Source: Amoebidium appalachense (lineage: Eukaryota > Protista > Ichthyosporea). Taken from it: a DNA stretch of 64,000 nt. Below are positions 36,399 through 64,000 of this stretch, piece by piece; the first letter of the stretch is position 1; each line of letters opens with the position of its first letter. The notes under the pieces were generated by a model that made no database searches, was not told where the DNA came from, and saw nothing but the letters and a program-made list of their open reading frames with translations. The stretch spans positions 9,378,907 to 9,442,906 of the forward strand of contig CAVNZM010000001.1 in NCBI GenBank assembly GCA_963693365.1, in the 5' to 3' direction. A program made the translations under genes and the position numbers.

Positions 36399-36691
36399 CG
36401 GGAGTCGACACCGACGTTACCGCGACAGAAGAGTCACAAGGGGAGGAGTCCGAGGGGACCCCAGCCGCCCAATCACCTGCCGTTTCTAAGAAAATCCCTG
36501 CGTCCCCATTGGCTAAATTTGCCCAATCAGAAACGACCAGGCTACGGAAAAGGCTGCAGGGGGCAGAGGGGGAAGGGGTCAAGGGGGAAGGGGAGGATTC
36601 GGAGGGGGAGTGGACGATGGTTGACTCGGATAAGGTTAAGCCGGAGGAGGGAGAGGCGGCGGTGGAGGGGGAGAAGGAGAAAGCGGATTAG
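33262..36691 (+). CDS. Small uncharacterised single-pass membrane protein with a disordered acidic C-terminus
   Basis: Exon 33262-33393 MSMRSFNIEAGFVGLAVGTLLLVFLLIGALLWVNMTDGPSSKPK|GTAGG. Last exon 36398-36691 follows (CA)nAG and reads SGVDTDVTATEESQGEES...EDSEGEWTMVDSDKVKPEEGEAAVEGEKEKAD*. Possible internal exons start at about 33824 and span 34386-34446 (CTAAC branch motif); these are uncertain. Confidence 0.6.
34891..34960 (+). mobile_element. Repeat family A, short truncated copy
   Basis: CCTTTGCATATGTCCTGCACCATGCTTGTCGTCGTGTATG...CCGCAATCAAAC followed by poly-C. Confidence 0.75.
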
Positions 36692-36884
36692 TTTTTTGTT
36701 TTGGTACACCTGTGTGTGTGTGCTTGTGTGTGTGTGTGTGCTTGTTTGTGTGTGTGTGTGTGCAGACACAGACACGTACACGTGTGTGTTTGGGTGTGTT
36801 GGCCCAAGCACATTGATTGCGGTTGTAAGCAGCAATAGTGGCTCCCCAACACATACATGCAGGACTTGCATCTCGCACACACAC

Positions 36885-36921
<37 letters not shown>

Positions 36922-37724
36922 TGCACACCAATATACACTCATGGTTCTAAATAGGTGTGTGTTTTGGTTTCCTTAATCTATGAACCCGTCTTTTGCATTC
37001 ACAAACATAACAATACCACCCGGCACCAGATTTCCAGCATGCAGGGAGGATTTGGAAACTTTTGATGGTAGATTGGGTGCAAAAGATTGCAGAGCAGCAT
37101 GTGTCTGTGGGTGAGATGTGATTTTGGATAGTCAATACTATTGAGTAGATAGTCTCCAGGAATTCTCCATGCACCTTTCTTTCGTAATGTGGAGAAGCTG
37201 AGATTTTGTGAACTGGGTTTCTCACCTTCCATTAACATCGAAGGTGTAAAACAATAAAAGCTGTTTCTTAAAGCAAAAAACGCCCAATTCATGATGTAGG
37301 CAAACCTGTGTGTGCGTGGCCTCCCCTTGTGGATGACTTCTCCCCCCCCCCCCACACACACACACACACCCGCCCACCCACCCACCCACCCACCCAGCAT
37401 GGGCTCTGCTTGATGTGCATACTCTCTCTCTGGCGCATCCTCCCCCCCCCCCCCCCCCCTCCCCCCTCCCCCCCCCTTTTCCCCCTCCCCCCTCCCCACT
37501 CCCAACCATCACCACCACCACCACCTGCAAGTGAAAGAACGCTAAAACTACGCTACAAAGAAACAAACCAACCAACAGCTCAGGCTTCTACGCAATCCCA
37601 GGCGTCTGAACCCCCCCCCCCCCCCCCCCCCACATACACACACACACACACATCCCCACCACCACCCCTACCACACACACACACACACACATCCCATCCC
37701 CACCCCCACCCTCCACGTACATAT

Positions 37725-37772
<48 letters not shown>

Positions 37773-38014
37773 ACACACACGCTGGTTTTAAAGTTAAGGT
37801 CTGGATTCAAGTCGAGTTGCACCTACAATTTCCCTTTTTTTTTTTTTTTTTTTTTTCGGTAGGGCCCTCAGAAGTGAACCTCCTCTCCCCTCCGCATGTA
37901 GGCAAACGTGTGTTCGTGTGTGATGGTGATTGCTGCGGCGCGCGGTGGGCCAGGTGGGGCTGTGTGTGCATGTGTGTGTGTGTGTGTTGTGTGTGCATAC
38001 ACTCGCGTGCACAT

Positions 38015-38123
<109 letters not shown>

Positions 38124-38684
38124 CGCGTGCGGGGGGGGGCACGTGCTCGAGCGCATGACTGTTTGTGTGTGTGTGTGTGCGTGTGTGTACGTGCATGTCT
38201 TTCATGGGGGGGGGGCGGGGGGGGGGGGGGGGGGGAGGCACTCAGGAGGGTGAGGAGGGGGAGGGAGGGGGGGGGGGGGGGGGGGATAATAGTTACGACA
38301 GTAAGTATACCATCCCTGAATAGATCTAAAACACATGCACATGGCATTGAATCTGAATCTCCCCTCCCCCTCCCCCGCTTCCCCCTCCATTCCCCTCCAC
38401 CCCCCCCACCCCACCTCCTCCACCCCCCTCCAATCCCCCCCCCCCCCCCCCCTCCCCCCCCCAACTCCCCTCACTTTCCTCCACCCCCACGTGGTACCAC
38501 CACTGCACCCTCCCTCCTCACAATACCCACCCCTTTTAAGACTCATCAGTGTACGAGCCAGAAACACAGAAGCCAAAAAAGGTAGGAAGCCAGCAAAAGC
38601 CAGGAAATTTAAAATCCTTTTAAAAAAAAGCCATGGAATGCTCCTCTATTCACAAGTTCCTCACCTTCAGACCCTCACCCCCCT

Positions 38685-38724
<40 letters not shown>

Positions 38725-39182
38725 TGTCAGCAGATGAATGGGGCGGCAGACTCTGTGAGTCAAGGCGTTCAACTTGAAAGCAGGCCCTAGACGCGAATAC
38801 TGCAAGTTGTGTGTGAGCACGTCACGGTGTGTGTGTATCGCCAACAAGGGTCATTCATAGTCACATAGTCACTCGATTGTGGCTGTTGGGTTCTTTTTTT
38901 CCTCCCTCGGACTTTCAAAAACGTTTTTCTCTGTGAACCTCTTTTTTTTCCCCTCCATCTTCTTCCTTTTTCTTTTCTTTTCCTTTTTTTTTTTTTTTTT
39001 TTTTTTTTCTTCTTTTTTTTGTTGTTGTTGGGGGGCCCGGGGGGGGGGGGGGGGGGGGGGGGGGGAGGGAGGGAGGGAGGGAGAAGGGGGGTGGGGAGAG
39101 GGGGTGGGGAGGGGGGGGGGGGGGAGAGGGGGGGGGGGGGGAATGGGTGCGGGGTGGGACGTAAACGGTCACAGTGGTGTAA

Positions 39183-39251
39183 TACAGGGTTAGGCCGAAT
39201 TAAATTCTTAAAACTTTTAGCGGAAAATCTTAGATTTAGCCTACCCCTGTA
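39183..39251. mobile_element. Miniature TA-flanked inverted-repeat element (about 65 bp); related termini at about 61200-61297 and about 62042-62300
   Basis: TA|CAGGGTTAGGC ... GCCTACCCCTG|TA; the same right end GCCTACCCCTGTA occurs at 61285-61297; GG(C/T)TAGGGGGGTCTGG...TTCTAGCTGG(C/T)TA..GCCGAAAT is shared by about 61215 and about 62252. Confidence 0.5.
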
Positions 39252-39651
39252 TACACACGAAAACGTGATAGTTGAAACGACATGAGCAAGGTTATTGAAC
39301 AGGCCAGGGCCACGAAATATCACAAGTTAACTATCCACGTATATTGTTGCGGCATCATATGTGTTTACTAACTTGTTGATTTTCTCTTCTTTCTTATGAT
39401 CTCAACCTGCATCCCCCTCCCCCCCCCCCCCCCCCCCCCCTCCCCCCTCTTAAGTTCTTCCCACATGTGTGGTTTAAATTTTCTCGACATGTACATATTA
39501 CCAGACGTGATACATACTACAGTGCAGACCTATGCTATGTGACTAGTCTCTGAGTATTTGGTTGACTGAGTGGTGTAGTTGGAATGGCCGGGTTATTAGT
39601 AATAATGTTAATATGCTAAGTTATCACAGTCCAATATAATAAACCAACAGC

Positions 39652-39858
39652 GAGCAGAATTATTCTGCAAAAAGAGAATAATGCATAGGCAGATTAAATT
39701 TAGCAGAATATTTCTTCAAATAGCAGAATTATTCTGACACAAGCTTTATTAATCTGCTAATTTACTAAGCTAAAAGCAGGTTAATTCTGCTCAAAGCAGA
39801 ACTTTTCAGCTTTTGCAGAGTATTTCTGCTTTTTTCCAGAATAACGCAGAATAATTTT
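39652..39858. repeat. Array of a degenerate palindromic motif GCAGAAT(T/A)ATTCTGC (about 6-7 copies)
   Basis: Variants at about 39654, 39703, 39723, 39776, 39815 and 39846. Confidence 0.6.
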
Positions 39859-39888
39859 GTTGTCGTCGTCGTCGTTGTTGTTGTTATT

Positions 39889-39924
<36 letters not shown>

Positions 39925-39929
39925 GGGGT

Positions 39930-39975
<46 letters not shown>

Positions 39976-40552
39976 AAGGGACACGAGCGTTTTCCCAAAG
40001 TTTTTTTTTGGCAATTCCCAAAGGGCCACCCCAACCCAATATACCCAAAAACAAAGCAAGAACCTCGAGTTTACTGCATTACATTTTTGATTATTTTATA
40101 ATGAGTTTTATTTAGAACGAATTGATAAATTGGTTTAGCAGTTTTGTCGTTGTTTTTCTTGTCTGGGCCTGGGAACGCCCACGTGAACCATGGGTGTCTA
40201 TACAATTATAATCATTCTCTAAATTCCCCTCGTCTAGTGTGTGGGTCGTGCTGAAAACGCAGTGAGCCACACATGCACACGATGGGGCAGTGCTCCCACC
40301 GTTTCCCAGAATACAGACCGTGTAAACCATATATACATAGTACAGTTGCCAAAAACACGAAATAGTCGCTGAGATAGCTTCATAGAATATCCAACGAGAT
40401 ATACCAAATAACCTTTATATGGTCATCTGAGATTTGTTACGATTGGGCACTTGATAAGGCTGCGCGCGAAATTTTTTTGTATGATGCTCGCAGCAGAAAT
40501 CTCAGGTTCCACTTTGTTTTTGTTCGCTTTTGTAACGGAGAGTCCATGAAAT

Positions 40553-57457
<16,905 letters not shown>

Positions 57458-58201
57458 TACCATCCGCCCCCCCCCCCCCCCCCCCCCCCCCCTCCTCCGC
57501 CTCCCCCCCCCCCCCCCCAACCCATGCCCCCTCCCCCCCCCCCCCCCCCCCTCCCCGCGCGGAGAATACATGCCATACCCCGATTTTCCCATCATTATAT
57601 ACCTTTGTTTAACGTCAACTTTACAGCCGACTGTTGATCTGTCACAGAGGTTATGATCCCATCCCACCCAGTCATTTTAGGAGTGAGCTGGGTTAATTGA
57701 TTGGCTGTTTTATGTCATGGATGAATGTATACTTGACTTCCGAAGGCCAAACTTGGAGAGGTTTCGTGTTCTTAAAGGCTAGTGCTACCTAAGGTTTGAT
57801 GTTAAGCTTAAAACAGTATTTTCATGAGGGACATTCATCATCCAATATGCCCGATGTGGTAAATTAGTTTGCTACAAAAACCTGATGTCGGTGAACGCAA
57901 CTTTCTGTGGTGTCGGAAATCTGTGCCTGTCGGAGGTAATCAATGAATGCAATGCAGCCTGCCAAATTGTTGTGTGCAAATGCTGTCTGCTTATAGTGTA
58001 TTACTGGCAACAAATATTAGACATTGTTATGGCATATGTTTGTCAACTAAGCAGCATGGCATTGCAGATGTAGCGAGACCCCACGATGTGTCGTGCTTTG
58101 AAAGTACACAGAACATGACCAAGCCCTTTGCAGCAATGAGGCGGTTGGTTTAATAATATCTGTACAGCGGCAGCACAAGCAGCAAATGTGATGTATGGAC
58201 G

Positions 58202-58235
<34 letters not shown>

Positions 58236-59066
58236 GCCGCGTTCAATCTGTAATCGTAGTGTTAAGTAGAAAGTCGCAGGAAGGGTGCATGACATTGTGG
58301 TATGTAGTGACGAGAATGTATGTATTCAAATACAGACTGTGAGGGTGATATATATTGATCGGTATGTATACGCAGTTCCCATGCCGTCTCCTAAATACCT
58401 GCATGACATAACCCTAGGATTTATAAATACTAACCCGAGCGCCTTGGTTGGTGCACGATATGGAAACAAGATACCCTTGGTGATACAATAAAACTTGCAA
58501 CCCACCTTGGCCAAACGACCAAAAAAAAAGATGTGTAACCGTGTTTGAAAACAGAGGAAAATGAGGAAAAGATGGGGGGTCGCGTCTGAGGGGGTGGGGA
58601 GGGGGGGGGGGGGGGGGGATGGGGAGGAGGACAGAAGAGTGTGAGAAATTTAAAGAAGGGGAGAGGGAGAGCGAGAATTGGCTTTAAAGGGCCTCTCTGT
58701 GTGTCTGTGCACTGTCCATGCGATTGCATGCGCGAGAGTTTGTGTGTGTGTGTGTTAACGTTGCGGGACGAACATGAGTTGCAGCTGTGGGGGAGTATGA
58801 GGCCATGATATATATTTTCCCCCTCGAGGCCACCCCTTGTGCACCTGAAATGAATTCGAATCATCGAAGCCCCCCCAAGCCCCCCTCCCTCCTCCTCCCC
58901 CCTCCCGCCCCTTTCCCCCTCCCCCTCCAAATCACCACCACCACCAGCTCCACCTCCTCCACCTCCCCCCGTCCCCCCCCTTTCTCCCCCCCCCCCCCCC
59001 CCCCCCCCTCCCCTCCCCCCTCCCCCGTGCTCCCTCCCCTCCCCCTCCCGCCCCCCCCCTGTCTCC

Positions 59067-59101
<35 letters not shown>

Positions 59102-60101
59102 CCCCTCCCCCCAGGCGCGCTCCCCTCCCCCCTCCCGCTGTCCCTCTGCTAGAAGGGCCTGTTCAGGGGCCTGTTGCCTGCACTGTTGTCAATTTGGTTT
59201 TTCATGTCATCCGCCTTATTGTTTTACATCAGACCCTTCCCCCCTATGTTTCTAAAGGTGACCATAACGGTTACTCCCCCCCCCCCCCCCCCCCCTCTCC
59301 CCTTCCCCTACCAATTTTCCTACCCCCCCCCCCCCCCCTCCCCTCCCCACCACTTTTCCCTCCTCCCCTACCCCCCCCCCCCCCCCCTCCTCCCCCTTCT
59401 CCGACTCCAGCTCAAAATTCGTGACTTTCATCGATACATACTCAAATGCGGACACAACGACAGATCCTAATCATGAGATGGCAGAATGAGGTGGCAGAAT
59501 GTAGACATCGGAACAATTGTTATGTGGCATGGTGACGTTCCCGTCGGTCTTTGCCTCAGAGCATCCCCAGTTCTATGTGGGGAAACTTCATCTTCTAGGT
59601 TACCCTTGAAATATACCTAAGCATTAACCCTTTGTCACGATCCCGTGGCGGCCCCTCAAGGCGAACAGCATGGAGATGTTGGAATGGGGACTGCGACATC
59701 CCATCATACACCACATTATTTGTGAATCTCTAAACATTTTCCAAGCACTGTTGACTATGTATTCTATTTGGTCATTAAGCTACTGGACAGCAGTCAACGG
59801 TGAATCCTTTGTGTGGGTGCGGTCACAGGCCCGGCCCAAGTTCATGACACCGAGAATGACACCGTGGTCACCGAGTCGCGACGTGATCACCCGGCGTCAC
59901 CGTTAAAGGCTTTGGCTTACTGTGAGCCACCATGTTACCTCCTACACCTCTACAACCTTTGGAAATTCAAATTTGCCCATGCATGGCGACACCAGTCACC
60001 TGCAGGCCGAGGCAGGGCTAGAAATTACATTTTCTCACGTCGCTTATATACCCCCCCTCCCTCTCCCCTACTCTAGAGATTTCCTCTCCCTCTCCCTCCC
60101 T

Positions 60102-60222
<121 letters not shown>

Positions 60223-60753
60223 CTCTCTCTAGGCTCTCGTTCTCTCTCTCTCTCTCTCTCTCCCTCTCTCTCTCGCTCTCTCTCTCTCTCCTCCCCCCCC
60301 CCCCCCCCCCCCCCCCTCCCTCCCTCTCTGTCTCTCAAAGGAGTGCACGAGGGGTGTACGAGAGAGAGCTCCCTAGGTCTGGCGGGGTTAGGGGTGGGAG
60401 CGATGGGGGGGAGGGGGGGGGGGGGGGGGAGGTGAGGGGAGGGGGAAGGAGGGGCGGTTGGCAGAGGAGGGGGGGGAGAAGGGGGGGGAGGGGCCCGGGG
60501 GGAGGGGAGGGAGAGTGAAAGACGAGGGAAACCCACCACAGCATCAGCGGAATCGTGGTTAGTCTCACTGGCATACTTCACCACAAAGTAGGAGAATGTG
60601 TGTGTTTGTATGTGGGTGGGTGGGGGTGTGGAGGTGAGGGGGGGGAGAGGGGGGGGGGGGGGGGAGGGGGGGGAGGGGGGGGGAGGGGAGGAGGGGGGTG
60701 TGGGGGGGGGGGATCCGGTCAGCACGGCCTAAATAATTGGTTCCGAACCCCCT

Positions 60754-60788
<35 letters not shown>

Positions 60789-60976
60789 CACGCACACACA
60801 CACACACGCACGCACGCACGCACAAACACCCACACACACCTGTCTCACACATTTTTCCATTTACCAAACCTTAACTCAGTGCCACTGGCACCAACCGCTG
60901 AAAGGGGAGGGGGGTGGGGGTATTGCCGCTTCCTTTTTGTGGGCAGGAGGCGGGGGAAGGGGAGAGGATGGGGAAG

Positions 60977-61011
<35 letters not shown>

Positions 61012-61597
61012 TGAAATCTGTAACCGTTGTTTTTGGAAGCAAACTGTTCTTTCGAGGCAGGTAGCTGTATTGTCCGTGACTAAGCCATTCAGGTTCATTA
61101 TGACATTGTCCGTCAATAAAATTCTAACGCTAGATTTTTTGGAAGATTTAAGTTTCTAGCTGTCTAGCCCCCATGGCACATATGAAATTTAAGATTTTTC
61201 TCCTTGTCCTTGTGGGCTAGGGGGGTCTGGGACTAAGATTCTAGCTGGCTAGGGCCGAAATCCACGTAATAAATCTTATGTTCGGCCTACCCCTGTATGT
61301 AACTGTATTATCATTTGCTGAAGAGTTTGCTGTTGTATCATCTTTGTTTGAAATAGTGGGTTTCTACTATCCGAAAAGGTGTTGTTTCTATCGCATCCTT
61401 CTCAACATGATTCAAATCCAATCCCTTAAAAAGTAATCAACACTGAGATCACGGCCACGAACGGTTAGCTCCATGGCAGCAGCAAATGTAGAACAGCACT
61501 AAATTTAAAGGCATTAAATCCTAGCATACGGTATTCAATTAAACGGCATTAAAAGAGACTCAGGGATGGCATGAGAGCATAAACCTGCTACAACCAG

Positions 61598-61962
61598 TGA
61601 GTTGCTTCGCGTTGATCTAAATATCTATATACTTGGCGAATTTAGAGAACCAATGTCGTTCTCTAAATATCTAAAAGTCTGCTCGATTCGCGTAGAGCAG
61701 TTTAGAAACTGAATCGTAGATCACGATTCTATTGGATAAGAGATATTTAGGCGAGTTCCAAGGACCAATCGTTTCATTCTAGACATCTAGAAGACCCCCC
61801 CCCCCCCCCTCTTCCAGATGCGCCCATCTGGAAGAGGGTAGATATCAATCTAGATTTTATGCAAACTTTAAAAATTAACAGAGCCATCGGATTGCAAAAG
61901 TTTAATACGCAAATTTAAAAATATAGATATTTAGATATTTAAGATCAACGCGAAGCGGCTCA
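61598..61962. mobile_element. MITE-like element with about 30-bp imperfect terminal inverted repeats
   Basis: TGAGTTGCTTCGCGTTGATCTAAATATCTATAT ... ATATAGATATTTAGATATTTAAGATCAACGCGAAGCGGCTCA; internal TCTAAATATCTA-like repeats; no clear TSD. Confidence 0.6.
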
Positions 61963-62749
61963 GTAACTAACGAACTCAGTTCTGAGGTATGAATTTGAAA
62001 GCTCACGCTGTTCGCCTTGTGTACTTGTCAAGAACATGGAGTACAAGGGTACTTGGGCCGAATTCAGAATTTTACCGAAATCTAAGATTCTAGCACATCA
62101 AACGTTGAAAAGCTGGCTAGCCATCCCCCCCCCCCCCCCCCCCCCCCCCCACCCACCCAACCACCCCACACACACACACACACACGCAAAAAAAAAAAGA
62201 ACAAAAAAACAAAAACAAATGATAATTGCGATTGTTTAAGTTTGTCCATGTGGTTAGGGGGGTCTGGAAACGTTTTCTAGCTGGTTACAGCCGAAATTCA
62301 CCGGCCCTCGTGAGTAATTAACTTATCATGCCGGTTTCACCACTAGTTAGTTGCCTGAAGAGCAGAGGATGGGCTAGAATTTAAACTGCGGTCTTTTACT
62401 GTTCACTACATGATAATAAATCAAGAGAATTTCTATTACATAAGCTATGAGAATCCGAAGGCTATTCTGCTGAATCATTTTCACACTAAGGCCCAGTAAA
62501 CGTGTGGCGAGCAAATAACGTACAATGGAAAAACCCGATAATGGCCAACCCACCAACCAACGGGCGCATAAGTAAATGTCTCGAAAGTGATTGGGCCGGT
62601 AGCGAGGAGGAGCAAAAGAATGGAAGAGAAAATAAGCCATGGGCGGGGAGGGGGGCGCGGGGGGGGGCGGGGCGGGCAGGGGGAGAGTTGGTAGGAGGAG
62701 CCTCCGGGGGGGGGGGGGGGGGGGGGGGATGAGTGCGTACGTGTGGGAG

Positions 62750-62830
<81 letters not shown>

Positions 62831-62905
62831 GTACGCGTGCGTGTGTGTACGCGCGCGCATGCATTGCAGTAGGTGCTTGTGTGTTTGTCAGTGTGTGTGT
62901 GTGTT

Positions 62906-62972
<67 letters not shown>

Positions 62973-63342
62973 CGTGCGTGCGCTAGAGTTTTGTAATGAC
63001 GTGTTTCTCAAGCCAATCAATACATCTAATAAACAGGTCATAGTTATGATGTGTGTTTAGTATATATAAAATCAAGGATGTTGTAATTTTCAGGTAAGCT
63101 ATCTTTCTGGGTGTCTGTTGTGAATGTGTCGTGTGTGCTGCGGTATTATGTGATCTATCAAACTACATTTGGCAATACATGACCGTTTAAGCTGGCGTAT
63201 GTGTGTGTTGTATGGGCATGCAAACGATGCCACCTTATACTTAGTAGACCTCCACTGTATGGCACGTGTACAGTTAAAGCGTGGTAAGTGGTCAATAATA
63301 CTGGGCCGTCAGCTAAAGAAAGACCAATTCTACAGGAAGGTA

Positions 63343-63478
63343 ATATGTATTTAGGTGTTACACATTTGCAAGTGCCATATTGGCAATTTGATTTAGGCGG
63401 TCATTATATATATGTATTTAGGTGTTACACATTTGCAAGTGCCATATTGGCAATTTGATTTAGGCGGTCATTATATAT
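63343..63478. repeat. Perfect 67-bp tandem duplication
   Basis: ATATGTATTTAGGTGTTACACATTTGCAAGTGCCATATTGGCAATTTGATTTAGGCGGTCATTATAT twice. Confidence 0.92.
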
Positions 63479-64000
63479 AAAACGAGACATAAGGCTTAGT
63501 TTTTCAAGCTTAGTTTTCAAGGTGTCTGCTTTCATCGGGTCTAGTGTCGTGATGATGTACATGTCTAATAAGTAAGTGGCAGTCCAAAGTCACACGCACA
63601 CTGTTGCGGGATTTATTTGTATTTGTGCCCGGTAAGAAGGAGAGAGAGAGGGAAGGAAAGAGGGGAGAGGTTGGGAGGGGGCAGGTCGGATAGAGAAGAG
63701 AGGGTGGGAGGGCAAATAATTCTTTAAGCGGCTTATGTGCTTACACACATGCACACACCACAACCTTTACAGCTCACGATTATTGTGAAGGTAGGTGTCT
63801 TAGCTTTTTCACTCAATGCTCATCCCTACACGTGTGGATCGAACATTCGGTATATAAACAAGGAAGCAAGCACGGACGGCTACAAATTTAAAGTGCATGC
63901 GGATGTACGAATAAAATGTAAACTCGCGCCGTTTGCGTGCTCGCTGCATACAGATCCGCCCTGTATTCGCTATGTACTTGATCACTCGAATGGAACAAAA

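Noticed and set aside
59670-60076. Plus-strand ORFs 59670-59906 and 59813-60076
   Set aside because: Short, overlapping, with no recognisable motif or splice-consistent partners.

Overview
Eukaryotic, intron-dense genomic DNA saturated with poly-C/poly-G, (CA)/(GT), (CT)/(GA) and poly-A tracts. It is probably an opisthokont protist or early-diverging fungus; this is inferred from a fungal URA4-type dihydroorotase and a TGA=Trp mitochondrial insert. Almost all ORFs in the supplied track are microsatellite artefacts. Manual splicing gives three complete genes: a 21-exon SMARCAL1/HARP-like helicase (minus, 24307-3233), an 8-exon class II dihydroorotase (minus, 32333-25823) and a 19-exon ankyrin-DHHC palmitoyltransferase of the AKR1/ZDHHC13/17 type (plus, 40553-57457). 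Also present are the 3' end of a RanBP2 zinc-finger gene and a small single-TM protein with a LIR-like motif. Introns carry TA-flanked MITEs (one nested in another), a 275-bp hairpin, a cox2 NUMT split by a MITE, and a 7-copy repeat embedded in poly-C tracts. Most notable: (i) sense-strand C-tracts begin just after nearly every 5' splice site lacking +5G, suggesting a C-tract-assisted splicing code; (ii) the helicase carries Ku-binding-like, RG-rich, FHA-ligand-like and UBZ motifs; (iii) the dispersed repeat has a fixed poly-C-abutting end and the same orientation relative to the host transcript in all copies. All exon calls and counts are by eye, and homopolymer lengths may contain sequencing error.
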